Assembly: GCA_036172245.1 (NCBI GenBank)
Contig: JAYWIR010000030.1
Coordinates: 372,001-436,000 of the forward strand
DNA from: Raillietiella orientalis
Lineage: Eukaryota
DNA length: 64,000 nucleotides
Reading direction: 5' to 3'
In this document: piece after piece, positions 24,100 to 41,546 of the stretch
Layout: the number at the start of each line of letters is the position of its first letter
How positions within the stretch are numbered: position 1 is the stretch's first letter
The notes under the pieces: model-generated
What the model was told of the DNA's origin: nothing
What the model saw: the letters and a program-made list of their open reading frames with translations, nothing else
The model's database searches: none
Made by a program: the position numbers and the translations under genes

Positions 24100-26400
24100 T
24101 TCGGCAGCCCATGGATGTACGTACCTAGAACCTGCGAAGAATCCAATACAAGGGTCACGTCCGTGGAACCCTTTGCCGCGGAATACATTGCGCCACGGAT
24201 CGTGTGAGTCCTGCTTCTTATGGACGTGAGTGTCCGGCAGCGGCGAATTCGCCCCCTCTCGCGACGATGGTCGCTGTTGGTTCAAGAGTGTTTGTTTTTG
24301 GCGCCCATTCGCCGTTATTTAGACAAGACGAGAAGATAAGGGTTGGCCGCTGCTTCCTCACAGACGAAGCGTTTCGCAGCCTGGGTGCCGCTACACCCAG
24401 GCCTCGAAACGGAAGTGCGCCCAGCTCGGTTGCAGCCGCTCCTCGGCACATGTTAGGGAATTCCTGCTGGGGAAGGGACAAGAGGAAAGGGCGGGGACTG
24501 GAGGTAGAAAAACAAGCGCAGCTTGCGGAAGACGAGCAAAACGAAGACCATCTACAAGCGCTGGGCTTTTTGTCTTGGGTTCCGTGCACTGGGCGCCGCC
24601 GTCACCTCCTACCCTTCCCTGCTCCGGGACGCACGCACAGCTTCCGCGCTCTTTTGCACCCTTTTCTCAGCCGCCACAGTGCTCCTAGGCAAGAAGACCT
24701 CGACTCCTGCCTTTCTCCTTCCCGTTTCCATCTCAACGGACCCTCGCGCGACTTCCGCGTTTGTGCTTCAGTCGGCCCCGACCTCTTGAAGAAACCGTGC
24801 CTCCCTCAGGCACAGACTCACGCTCTATTACCTTCTTCTCTTCATCCACCTCTCTCCTCCACCCTCTATTGCATCTCTTCCTCATCCTCCACTCTGTGCA
24901 ACAGTCCTGGGACTCATCTCAGAGTCCAGCTTCCGTTTCCGGGCAGGAGGAATCGCACTCCTGGAAAGGATCTGTGGATCGTACCGATGCTCTCGGAAAT
25001 TCCGAAGATTCTACAGGGAGATCGATCTCGAGATAAAGCCTCATCCCAACTCTCTAGTCTTTCTTCAGAGAGAGGAGGATCACCCCGTCGCTACCCAGAG
25101 GGTGGAGAACCCAGTGAGAACACTCCAGGTCTCAGACAGATCTTGAAGACCCCTTCTTTCCTTTCCTCTTGAGAGAAAGGATCCAAGCAAGCACCTTTAC
25201 ACGGTCTTCCTCTCGCTCCAGATCACACCCTACCTCCACTGTTCCCTACCTCTCTAGAAAAAAGGGGGAAAATCTTCCATCAGTAAGGAGGAAGAAAGGA
25301 AAAGGAGATCTGGCAACCCTAGGGAGCGCGGTTTGCAGCTCGCCTTTCCTCCTTTCCTTTCTCCCTTCTCCTCCGTCCTTCTCACGAAGAGTTGCAGGAA
25401 GTCAGTTGCGAAGGCGGGACAAAGCGAAGCCATCCCCTATCTGCGACACGGCGAGAGCGGAGCGGAGCCTCCGCTACAACGGCGACAAAAGCTCTGGTGC
25501 CCTGAAGCCCACAGCGCTCCCACCTGGTCCACCCACCCTCGTCCCTTTCCACAGCGCTGCGCTGCTTCCGGCTGCCGCAGCATGACGAAATGTCCACTTC
25601 CTGCACATGCTGGGAAATCCAACGGCGAGGACTCCGAATGCAGCACTCTTGTCCCTCAAATCCCGCTTTCCGGGTGTGCTCTTTATTCCCTTCCCCCATC
25701 TGCCTTATCCAGGAAGGCTGGCTCGCTCGAAGACCCATTGAAGAGAAGCTCTCGCACGCATCCCCTTTTGGCTGTAGACACAGGACCTATGCGCTCAGAG
25801 ACCTCGGAGTGCGAAGAGAGCTTTCCAGGAAAACCACAGCTGGTGCGGAGATGCACATCTCTACAAAGAAAGAGATGCCTCTCTCGTCTTCCATGAGATC
25901 AGAAAGATGTCCGTTTCTGGCCCGAGGAGAGATAGGCGACGGTTCCTGGAAGCGAAGGAACACCTGTGCTCACGCGCGCCAGATAGGGGCCGAAGGGTTC
26001 AACGGTTGCTGCTCCTGCCTCTTGTCCAGCGTATGGTCTACCGGATGTGGGCCTCGATTCTCCGGACGTCGCTGGAGAGTCAAGACCCCGCCTCCTGCTG
26101 CCCTGCAGGGACGATGGAACGAGTCCTCAGCAGCGACCCTTCCAACTGAAGAGTGACAGCCGTGTCCAGCCTTCCTGGCTGATGCACCTCGAACGAACGG
26201 CGCCTGAAAGGAACTGGAACGTGCCCAACCGGAAGGTAAACTCTCCTGAATTCCTGAAGCACTCGCGAAAGTCGACGGCTGCTTCTCTTTCCACACTTTT
26301 AGCGTCAGGAGAGAATGAATGGATGGGTGGCCCTCCTTTCTCTTGTGCTGCTTTCATTTGGCATCCCGGGAGGAAAAGTAGGGTGGGAAGCTCCAGGAGG
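24100..26400 (+). mobile_element. GC-rich decayed retroelement-like sequence (possible LINE ORF1/endonuclease)
   Basis: GC-rich block with a degenerate zinc-knuckle-like piece (CESC..GRECP across a frameshift near 24200-24235), then Ser/Pro-rich frames; it lies among LINE remnants and has no intact ORF. Confidence 0.35.
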
Positions 26401-26439
26401 TGCAGAAAACATGTAGCAAGGTGTGGCAGAATTTCTAGG

Positions 26440-28740
26440 AGTTTGCCAAACATTCCTAACCAGCCGTCATTCTGGAGGTGGGGATGGGTCACTTGGTGAA
26501 GATCGAGTGCCAGACAATGTTCCTCTCAAAGGGATAAACTCCTCGATAAGAAGAGCCAGACCCCTTATTCGAATTGCACGAAGGACGCTTTTCCGATCAA
26601 GAAAGCGTCCTCCAGCGTCCAGAGAAAGGAGCGCAATGTTTGAACGAGCACCTCCCCCTTCCTGTTCCGAAACGATACCTGACGCACAAATCCTTTATGA
26701 AGGACGATCCCAGAACTGCATTTCCATGGGGCCACGATCGTTGAAGAAGGCACCAGAACAGGTCACGGATTTCAGGCTGACAGTCCCTCTGAAGAAGCTG
26801 ATAGATGGGAGCTTTTCCGGTACAGTCAAGTGGGAGAACATGGGAGGGCTGCTCGAAGGTCCCTGGAGCCACATGAGAACTGGAAAGAAAGCTGCTGCAC
26901 CCTTTCCACCATCATAACGCCCAATGATGGGGAAAGCAGTCTTGCTCTCGTTTTATTCTGCTTAGCGCCGCAGCATGCCCAGGAGGTGGCAACCTTGCCT
27001 TCAGCCGATGACCAAGAATCCTCGAAATCGCTCCTGACTTGGCGGAGGGTAAAACCCGTGTGAAAGTGGGCAGGCCACACAGACCGATGCGTGGGCTTCG
27101 TTTGGCTATCCCGCCAGGGAAAATTCCGAAAACAAGACATTTGAGGAGGATTTCGCTGAAGAAGTCTGGCAAGGAGGGAAAAGCTTGGAAATCCATACAT
27201 TTCCTCAGAGGAGGAAGATCTTATGGGTGCAGTTTCCTGAAGGCTTGAATCTTGCATGGCTCAGATGAGTCGCACGCAATATGTCTGAAGCCCTTCGGCT
27301 GCTGATCCTGTCGAGATTACCGTCTTGCCCTCAGCAAAGACCGATTCCAATCGAGTCAGTCACTCTGCCTCTTCGGGCTTTCAGCACATCTCAGCTGCAC
27401 CTTCCTACCGCCTGTGCTCCCCCTTCCAGCACGACTCCATATCCAGCGGCTCCCGCCCACCCTCTCCCACTACCTGGATCCAACGCTGGCTCTCCTGATT
27501 CGCCTGGACGAACCACGACCAGTTCACAAATGCAGCGCTTTTTCCTCCTCCTCTTTTGTTTCTCCCTTGGGTCCCGTTGATGCGCGACCCGTGGGCGGGT
27601 CAAGGAGACTGAGAGTGCTTTTTGCTGCTCCTCCAGCATAGGTGTTTCCACTTATTTTGCCGTTCCTTTCTTCCTTGGTGAAGATCCCCCATTTGGGATG
27701 GATAAGTAGTCTCCGTGGCAAGAACCATCGGTTGCTTGCGGCACTCGGGAGAAGCCCGACTCCTTGGTCGAGTGAACGACACGAGAAGGGCACGCACGGG
27801 AGTCAGGGGTTCCTGGCCACTACAAGAGGGGATGCTCGGCTCGGAGTTGTCGTCGCATCCGACCTCGTCCTGAGAAAAGGGCACGATTGGAAACTCAGCC
27901 TTTCGCTTTTGACGTCACGGACGCAAGCTCGACCTGGACTCGTACGACCACCGTCGCGATCGCAAAGAGGCAGTGTCTCGCGGGAGGTGGAAGTGGCTAG
28001 GACGCGGATGCTATCACCTTGATGGCGTCTTGCGACATCCGACACAGCGGTGATGTCTACCGGGCTCCTTGAGCCGGGGACAGCTGTCTGGCAACCAGGC
28101 ACGACCGAAGAGGAGGCGCCTGGAGCAACACTATCTAATTGATAAAGTTTGGAATGCTGCAAGAAGTCGAGGGAGCCGGCCACGAGCCTGCTCATCCGAA
28201 ATGCGGCCGAGAACCCGGTCGGCGGAGTCTTCCCTGCTCAGGAAGAAGAAGCAGAAGAAAAGAAACAGCGCCTGGATGTGCGTTGTGGCAGCAGCCCTTC
28301 TCCAGCGGCGGCGAAGTTGCGCACATCCAGACAACGATGCAATCTCGTTGGGTTCGCGCGCTCAGCTGTCCGAAGAGGATTTCCTGTGAGAACAGTTGCC
28401 CGGGCCACCGCTCTGCGAGCAACGACCGATACGCTGCTTCACTCAGCACGAGCGACGGATGAGCGGGCTACGGGAGCACGCCCGTCCCTGGACGTACCGC
28501 ACGTGCCGACCTGCGAGCTCCGCGACTTTTCGAAAGGCGGCTTCATTCACCAGGTGCATTCCATGCGGTACAGAGAAAAGAGAGGGAGAGCAAGAGAAAG
28601 GGAAAGTGAGGCCGATTGGCATCCAGGAAGCCTGGTTGCGCGCATCAGCACCACATCTGGATCGGAGTGAACGGAATCCGGGAACGAACCAAAAAAACGA
28701 GTGGGTGCCGAGGCGCGACGGCGCGAGCCATGGCTGCTAA
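26440..28740 (-). mobile_element. Internally deleted L1/Tx1-like LINE
   Basis: Minus strand, in order: ORF1 ATG at 28731; degenerate double zinc knuckle (PLCDRDGGRTSPGRACVRDVKSERLSFQSCP, ~27880-27975); short block shared with 11527-11620; post-RT motif SPRIGLCGLPTF (GGLGLP-like); and IRDLFWCLLQRSWPHG...C...KHC (zf-RVT-like C-terminus). Confidence 0.65.
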
Positions 28741-29849
28741 TTAGGTTTCGGGTGAATGAGTGTCACTCATTCACCCGAGGCCACAGGTTCGAAAATTCAG
28801 CGATTGACCTGCCTGAGAAGACCCTCACTAAGCTATGGATTACCCTCACACACACACATGAAAGTAATCCGCTTCACACTTTTTCATCAGCTTTGCTTCA
28901 AATGAGAGCAAAGCTCGAAGACTCTGGAAAACACCTCCCCTACATTCTTTTATGGTTCTCAAACATCCTGATCGATTGCTTGTGGTGTCCTCATAGGTAG
29001 GATCGTGGCAAGATGCATATGCAAAGACTTAACAAAGAGTCAGAGAGCATAAGGTTAAGTTGCCTTGCGGCAGTGCCTTAACCTTATGTGTGTTCCATCC
29101 TTGTCAAGGGGAGTGCTAACCTTCTCTCCTTTTCTACGACAGTCAGAGAGCATAAGTCGAGTGCTCAAAATTCAGGGACTTTTTCTTCTCTTCCACGCTT
29201 TGCTTTTCCTTCTGCTCCTTCTGACCCTGAAGGTGCGTTTGGTAGCTTGCACTTTACCGTTGAAGTGCAAGCCAGCAAGAGCGCCTTCAGGGCTGAAGAT
29301 AGACGCTCGGGACCTGGAAATCAGTTGGCACTTGCAAACTTCCGGTAGGCTTGCAAGGCAACGGCGCAGGTGGGGCGGGCGCTATGCAAAAAAGTGGACA
29401 ACTGAAGGAGGTGAAGTGGAGAAGGGAACAGTGAAAATAATCGACAGACTTTTGAGGAAACATCCGACGAAGACAGCAGCAGGATTGAAGTATCAGATCA
29501 ACAGAGAGATGCAGGAATTTTCCAGCAGAAAACGAAAATGATTTTTTTTTTTTTCCTGGGACATTTGTTAGTCTGGAATCCACCAGAAAGTTCAGGACCT
29601 CTTCGGGAGAACTTTGATCTTCGTTTTGGTCCTCGACACTCAACCTTGACGATGTTGTGCGCCTCGGATATCGTCCCGATACCTTCTAATCTTTAGGATT
29701 CTGCAGGCATCATCTAGAGGTGGCAGGCCGCCACGAATCATGAAATTCAGCACAAGCACAACCCTCGATCGCTCTCCATCGTGGGCGTCGTCGCTTGGCG
29801 CTCCAGAAGGAGGGACTCTGACTGGGATTTCACCAAGAAGTAAAAGATG

Positions 29850-31300
29850 TCGATTATGATGCTGATGCTGGGGTGTCCATCGCTAGGGCCGATCCTACCT
29901 CGAAGCTCTGCAGCATGGAGTGTCCCTGAAATGCAGGGCAATCACGACCTTGAAATCAATCTTCAGCATTCGAGATGGAAAAGAGGGGAGCTTTGTACCA
30001 TCATCTTCAGCACGTCTGAATTCACAGAGAGGCAGGCGAGGGGAAGGAAGAGCGGTACGGATATGCATGTTCAGAAAGGCAATAGAGAGATAACGATGCC
30101 AAAAGGAGGATTTATTTCCTCAGGGAAGCTCAGGAAGGAATGTTACGAGATTTTTGTCCGCCGCTCTCAGGAGTCACTCGGATGACGCACCGGAAGGGGT
30201 CAGGAGAAATTTCCCCCGGTCCAGAGTCACGAAACAAAATATGTGCGTGCATTGTAATTGCGTACTCCTGAAAAGTAGGATACCTGTCTCGAAAGGAAAC
30301 AGGTCGTGGGAGAAGATCCGCCTGTCTCGGAGGCAACGGAAACAAAGGAGGACCCTCCGGTTTCGCCGGTTGCGACTTTCTCGTAGGGTGGTGTGTGGTC
30401 CTTACTAGGATGTTCCACGAGATGCGTTCCGTGAAGTTAACCACAAATCCGCGCTCTTCTGCTCTCCCACCTGGCAAAACGGGCGTTCTGATGTCACGTT
30501 CATCACAAACGTGTTTCTTCGACATGAGATCCCGTACGGATGGGGAATTGCGATGGTCCACTTGTGACGCTGCTTTCGGCTGCATCTTCTCGTCTCTTGC
30601 AAACCCCATGTGTTCTTTTTTAGCCCTCAGAAAACCTCTCTGTGAATTCCGAGATTCATCGCTCGAACCGTTTCTTGGGAAAAAAGTGTCGTGATACCAT
30701 CACAGCTCGTTATAACCAGCGATTGTCAACACTGGTAAGATGGCTGTTTGGTCGCAAAGAAAGACAGGAAGACAGTTAGTTTTCGTTTCCTACCATCTTC
30801 TTCATGACTTCGACTTCCAATTCGATCGTTTTTTTCGACGTACTGAGCTGGAGACCCGCAGTCGAATTGGCTGTTTTTCCATGGGCGGTTTCTCGTTGAC
30901 TATTGTGTCTGTCTGTGTTCATTTCGTGACGGTGGAAGCGTCGTGGGGTACGAAGTCCCGAAAGGAGCGGGTCTTCATTGGCCATGGGTCATTATCCTGA
31001 AGGCAAATGAGAAGACAAATAAGCTTTTCATCTTTCCCAGAAACTCTGACGAAACGGTTGTATGAATACTTTCATGAATACTTCACTCGCCCAAGAGTAA
31101 AATTTGCAGATCGACGGAATCCACGGCAGTCGTCGTAAATGATCTCGAGCCAAACATACTTGCATCCATTTATCAATTTGCCTAGGAGCTACGGCTGTTC
31201 TTAGGGGACACGAAGTAATCATGCAGATAATTTCATTGATCGTATGCCATCTGGTGGGTTCAGGATCTGGTTTCAAATTTCTTCCGTTTGCCTTGAAATC
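29850..31300 (+). mobile_element. Decayed L1/Tx1-like RT region
   Basis: Ordered degenerate motifs: SSGKLRKECYEIF (PG.DG..EFY..F), RSWEKIRLSRRQRKQRRTLRFRRL (WRPISLL..DYKIL...RL), RKERQEDS..PTIF (RGVRQG.PLSP.LF). Confidence 0.5.
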
Positions 31301-31849
31301 CTCTGTGAAACACCCAACAGTTCCTGCAGTTATTTTTCACGATTTCGTCCCTCAAAAACAGGAAGTGGTACTTCCTGGATTGCCAACTACCACTTTGCGA
31401 GGTTTGAATTCCTAAGGAACTCGAGATTTCCTTTAGGAATTCCTTTTCAAAGAAAATGTAAAAATTTTTTTGACGTGTACTATACGAATGAGAGAAACCC
31501 TTAAGGTACATCTTTTGTTTAGCGGTGATGCACACGAAGAAAGAACGTAGGAAACTGGCGATAGCAAGAAATAAGGGAAGAAGAGAAAGATCAGACAGAA
31601 AAGGAAATACCAGCAGATCTGGACCAGAGGCAGAGACGAACAGAGACTTTAGCAAAAGGACGAAAGCTTACAAATAGAAAGAGCGACAAGGCATGCAAAG
31701 AAAGCGGATACTGCAGTGATGAAGCAGCGACCATCAGGAAACTGAACACAAAGGAACGAATGAAGGAGACCAAGTACCGGGAACTGCCTCTCCTTGTTAT
31801 CACCAAAGGACTACTACTGCGATCAGCAGTGGCAGGTTCCCTGGGAGCC

Positions 31850-32440
31850 GAAAGCGACGAGGGTGCTTAGAGAACTGAAGATTCCACGCACTTTCCATTC
31901 GGAACCTGGAGCGTAGGATACTGCGCGCTGTGACTGTCTGGGCCACCGGCCAGAATGAATCGGGCCCTCAGTAACCTCCAATACAGTGTCACTCTTCAGA
32001 CCAAGACAAAGTTTGCTATACGTAGGCGAGTGCACAGGATGTACTGATGCAAACCTATGGGCACTGGAGTCAGCTCCGATTAAAAAGGAGAACTCGACTT
32101 TGTGTAGATTTAGAATGCATTCGTCTGATGAGGATTTGTTTTTGTTATGCAGAGCATTTAGTTGCAACCTTTGACTGTTACTTTCTGAGAGATTTAGCAA
32201 GCACCGTTGAGAAGACCGGGACCAAAGACTCACTATTTGAAAACTCCCTCTGCAGGAAACCTTCACAGCAAGGAAATCCATCCATGAATCATCCATGATG
32301 AAGTGGTTTCTAACAAGGAAGGTCCTCGTTGTTCGACTTCGAGGACTTGCTTTTACACTAGCACTCTTGATGAGGTCACGAAGGAAACGGTCTATGGATC
32401 TTTTCCATTCGAATAAGATGCTCAAATGTCTTGACACGCC
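31850..32440 (-). mobile_element. Decayed APE-type endonuclease of a non-LTR retrotransposon
   Basis: ORF 31823-32437 (-) has LAVKVSCRGSFQIVSLW, FLIGADSSAH (GDFNAH-like) and PTYSK..SDTVLEVT (PT...S.IDL-like); catalytic residues are mutated. Confidence 0.55.
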
Positions 32441-33989
32441 TTGTTTGAAGTTTCACATTCATCACTCAGAACATTCTTGACAAACCATAATGGATCGATG
32501 TTATGTATGATTCTTCTCGTTTCTCTTGGACCATAGACCAGTATACGAAAAACCATCACCACCATATCTCGAGATATCTTCCTCGAATGTTTTGTAAGAG
32601 CTCCCTCTTTTTCCTTACCTTTGAAATGCCAAATTCTCTGAGAAATAATTTTTTTTTTTTTTCGTTCGCATCTCTCAATAAGCTGTCATTATCACTTTTT
32701 TTGCCATTACCACTGTCCTTGAGTACTTATTTAATACTACGCTGTTTTTTCTTCATGAATGTCCTCAGATGTCTTACAAACATTGACTTTCTTGTGTGCT
32801 GCGTCCACAATCTGGAATAGTTATAACTCAAATGTAGAAATCATGAGAATCTCTTCTATTTTCATTCGTTCCTTGACTTTCCACAAAACTTTGCTTACTT
32901 CCAGGAGATGAAATTGCTCAGTTGACTTGTCTTTCGGTGGGAAAAATATGAGAGAAAAATTCAGGATCGTCGATATGTTTATTTCGAAAACAAGACACCT
33001 ATCCTTCTGAATAATTCTTTTTTTTTCTTTCAAAGTTGGCAGCTCGAGATTTCTAAGCTTCAGAGAATTGAATCCCTTCCGCACATTCTGTCCAGCCACT
33101 TCTAGGACCTCTAACAGCAGACGCTATGGCCCATTTTTGCTTTCTTTTTTAGCATTTTTTTGGAAAATTTACAGCAGGTCTGCAGTTATATAATTTCACA
33201 GGAACTTTCCCTGGATGCTACTGGTATTTCCGATTCACACTATTTCCCTCCAGTCTTAAGAAAGGAAGGATATTTCTAAGCAACGTGATGAGTGTTCTTC
33301 AAGGAAATTGCAACGAGTAGGATCATTAAGACATTTGACTTTTGGGAGCTTCAGTTATGCAAAAACTGATATTGATTCGTTAATTCACATTGAACTACAC
33401 GATTCATGAATATACGTTAGGAAAATTGCTTTCCAATTTACAGTTGACTAATTGAAGGAAAGCGGTGACTTGTATACATGACTCGAACACATTGCAATTT
33501 CTAGAAAGCAATTCCAAATATGCAATGTGTGTCGTTAAATATGCATGGTCGCGGTTAACAAAACCTTACGATTTGCTTTCTCGATGGAAGATCCAATAGA
33601 CCAGACGTCTATTACAATTTGGAAATACATGTCTATTCGGAGAAATCATAAATTGAAGCGCTGAAAGTTCGCTTAAACATCACAGGTGCCGAAATATTCC
33701 TGAGAAAATATAATGAAGAAGAAATACAATTAATTAAATCGTGCGTGACTACTTGTTAGTGCTTCTATGTACAAAAGCTTCCACGAAATTCTGCACCTCT
33801 ATTTTTTAATATCTAAAGGACAGGGCGCATTTAATTGCTCTTTAGTAATTTTCTGCTAACTTATTTAAGTAAAGAGATTATATTTAGTTCCAAAACCCTT
33901 CGAAAGCGTTTGTACCGTAATTTCACAGGAACACATACAGTGGTATCCATCACTAAAATTAGATTCTGAACGACGAAGCCCGCGTCGGA

Positions 33990-34753
33990 GGCTTTGTGGT
34001 TAAGGCTTCCGCGTGTGGCACCATGCGTCGCGCGGGTTCGAATACTCCGGCAGAAACTGACGCCACTGCGTCGTTGGGCTCCGAGTTTCACCTGCAATGG
34101 CGCAGGTTGGCCGAAACATTCGGGCGTGGCACCGATGGTGGTTTAAGCCGGAGGCCCCCGATGACGGTCGGAGCAATGGGAGTCGACCTTCGGGTCCTTC
34201 CAGGAATCAGGGAATGAGGAGTTCCCCCTCCTGTCGTGCAACGGAGAGCGGACCCTCCACACCGGAGGGACCCCTACGGTTCGTCCAGATAGAGCAGGTG
34301 CATTAAGGCACCTCTCCAGTTGTTAAAGGAGCAGACTCCCCCCGTTGAGGGGGAGGACCCTCCGAGTCGTGCTACGGAGCAGGTGCGTCGCCACCTCTCC
34401 AGAGAGTGCAGAAAAGCGAGCCGATCCCTTCGGGGAGCGCCCTTCTGAATTTCGGAAGAGTCCCTTTGGGGTTCTCTTCACAGTGAGCAGGGGCGGTTCC
34501 CTTGCAGGTTCCCTCCGGAGAAGATGAAATGGAGCGGACCACCTCTCCCTTCCCCCCCAGGGCAGTGTCCCTCCGGAGAGAATGAGGAAGATTCCCTTCG
34601 AGCTTCCCCTTCGGAGAAAACCAGGGTGGAGGAGTGATCCCGCCTCCTTTCCAGAGGGGGATCCCTCCCCACGCGTGAGAGGAACGGACTCCCGAGCCCT
34701 TCCCGGATTCATAGGGCGGACCTTCTTCCCGGGGTGTCCCCTATCTTGAAGAA
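33990..34753. repeat. GC-rich dispersed repeat, copy 2 (homologous to 7470-8126)
   Basis: Same colinear anchors as copy 1, offset ~26.5 kb, with indels including an extra internal segment near 34320-34395. Confidence 0.85.
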
Positions 34754-35389
34754 AAACATGCACCCTCCGCGGGTAGCGTGCGCCGGCTCTTGCGGTACTT
34801 GGCGAACCAAAAAAAAAGAAAATCCGAAAGAAAAAACTGGAAGGAAAAAAACAGCGAAGACAGAAGAAAAAAAAAGAATCCAAAGGATTTCTTCCATCAT
34901 CCTAGGCCAATAGTAACGAGCTCCTCGTGGGGTCGCTACTGACCTTTCTTTTTTTTTTTTTTAAAAAAAAAAAAATGGACTCTATTTTGCGAGCTTTCAG
35001 TATTCCTAATTTTCGTGCTTCTAGAAATCATGATTTTTCTATTCATTCTCGAGGAAGTTATGCAAACAAAAGGAATAATATTTCTCAATATAAAAAAGTG
35101 AACCAGGTGTCCATTCGTTGATGAAAAGTTTTCCTCTTCATTTCTGAACAAATATTCAACCATTAAGACTTAAGTCTGAGCTGTTCTCTTAACGTGCAAT
35201 TTATTTCTGTTGCCAATTCCCATCCAGATCGTGAAGCACCTCCATCTTTCTTTCTCTTGAAAAATGAATGCACATCAAGTTGAGAAAATAAAGCCAAGAG
35301 TGGGGGGGAAGAAAGTAACCCATATACATACTGCAATACTGCTGGGTCATCGATACTTGCGTATCGATGACTCACGACGCTGTGCCGAC

Positions 35390-36850
35390 TTTCACCCTTA
35401 CCCTTAAGACCTTAAGACATGAAACCGTAAGACGTGAAGAGGCAAGGAACAAACTTTTTTGTGTCCGCATAACTTCCCTGCCTCGCCATCTGTAGCCATC
35501 TTTACGGCATCGTTTCCCAACTGCTTAGGTCAACTTCACCACCTTACCCATCAAATTCTTGCCAGTGCTGCACGTGGTCACCTTGCTTCACGCAAATGAC
35601 TGCTTCTTCTTCTTCAGCCTATCAACCAGAACTCTTCTGTGTTGAGGATCGCTTAGCATGCGCGCATTCGAGAGTTTCTATGAGAGTTTCAGGAAAAGGC
35701 TACAACAGAACGCTTTTTTGACTAAGATGATACAAGTCTACCGAATATGTTTAATATAGGGATGTTATCACTTACGTTTAGGTACTTTATTGTAGCGTGT
35801 AAATCACACGGTCTTTGGATAAGTTTTCTGCGTTCCCTACGACCCTGATCGACTCCAACACTTTTCGCCTTGTCCCATTTTTTTTTTTTCTCTTCCAATT
35901 CCAACGTCTTATTTCATGTATTCCTCAGAACGCAACAGCAGCTATAATGGCAGAGAACTTTTAACCAGCAATCTGGTGACATAGAAGGTTAAGAAACGGG
36001 GATTAACTTTGTATATACCGAGAATATAATCACTAACAAAAAGCATCTATAACAGCCTATTTGCTCTTCCATGGTGCTTCAGCTTCAACCTTAGCCCGCA
36101 TTACAGGATAGGAACCAACTCAAACCACAGATGAGAAGCCGGAGACAGATGGAATCGTACTGATCAAATGGTTCTTCCACTGTGTGATCTGTTGAACGTG
36201 CGTCAACTCGGGGAATATCGGAAACGTAGCATATCACGCAGGGAGAGATCCTTCTTCTATGAAGACTTCACTTTCTGAGGCTGCTTACCTACCATGATCG
36301 AGTGGTCTTTTGTACCGTTTTATGTCTGAGAAACATCTATACGTATCCGTTTTTTTTTTCTCTCTCTCTTTCTTTAGCATACTTCCAGCTGACCAACTTG
36401 CTCCCTTCGGAGTCCTCCGCCGCCAATCGGTAGATTCCCCGGTTCTCTTACAAATTTCTTCAGCCTAAGCACTTCGTGAAATCTGGTTTCAAAACCCACC
36501 TTTAACTGGAATTGCCCACCACAGTTGATCCACGTTCCTTGCTTTACACGAGAAACAATGAAACTTTTACATCAGGTAGCGCTTTTACCGATCTTCAGTT
36601 GACTTTCTTTCCGGCCACGGAATCGCTCTTGGCCCACCTTGTCCTACCCGGTCCGCTCTCAAATGAAAATGGGTTACAGAAAAGCTCCTTTTCTGCGAGC
36701 ACCCACGAACGTGACAGGAACGTGCGGGAAAAAGGTCAGACCGTTATTCTTTCCTCGAGCAGCCGTCTACCCAAAAAATGCCAAATTCGCAACCGCGTCC
36801 GGGGCCTCCAGGTAACTGCCATGACTAGGGTTGAACCTTAACACCACCAT
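35390..36850 (-). mobile_element. Possible decayed RTE-like LINE
   Basis: Minus-strand 3' end encodes ..ATDGEAGKL (A.DR..WR-like RTE terminus), followed by a short-repeat tail (CTTAAGGTCTTAAGGGTAAGGG); GC-rich putative 5' region near 36600-36850. Confidence 0.35.
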
Positions 36851-37464
36851 GTGATTTTCGACGAGGGCACAGGACAAAAGTGCTTTCACTTAAAATTTTG
36901 TTATGATAAAACCAGACAATAAACTGACTCATACCACTTCAGCTAATTTCAACAAAACAATAATACATGAAAACAGATCAGAACAAAGTAAACTGAAAAA
37001 ACAGTAAATGTTTCAGTTTATATTTATCTCTGAATAAGATATAAATTGGTTTTTCGCATCATCATTTTTAATAGTTACTGATAGGTATTACTATCGAATT
37101 TTGTTATGCTGTAAACTTATTCCCAGATGGTTCTTGGGCTTGCTGGCCACACTACAGCTACAGCACTTTTTGAGCAACAATCTCTTAAAAGGGAATCGAA
37201 AGAATTTGTATATTCTTTTGATCTTCATTTAAACCAAGCGCTTTCGAAGCTTATGGTACATGTGGCGACTTTCAGGTCCATACAAGCTAATCAGCTGATT
37301 ATAGCAAAGCATAAAATTACATTATACTTTGATACATCTGAATTACACATTATTCAAACAAAAACACTGAATTTCTCATAAACTGTTATATACACTTTTT
37401 TATATTGAGAAATATTATTTCTTTTAATGTAAACTCAAAAAATAACAGAGGAATCATTGCAGCA

Positions 37465-41381
<3,917 letters not shown>

Positions 41382-41546
41382 AATTCCTCCTGAGCTGAAT
41401 TCTGAATTTCAATTTCAAAGTTCCTTGGTGATTCGATTTATAACCAGCACTCCATGCGTTGACACCACGTACCGCAATTCCGTACGCAATGCAAGTTCTG
41501 AGCCAATCACAAACTCACCCCTTGTTGCGTGGGTTCACATGATACC
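41382..41546. promoter_or_regulatory. Putative bidirectional promoter/5'UTR region between VCP and LEPROT
   Basis: Only 165 bp separate the divergent ATGs; the interval is CpG-containing and has a CCAAT box (GCCAATCA, 41502-41509). Confidence 0.65.

Noticed and set aside
24204..25172. Longest ORF in the track (322 aa)
   Set aside because: Low-complexity Ser/Pro/Arg-rich, no recognisable domain, and within GC-rich retroelement debris where several frames stay open; not called as a host gene.
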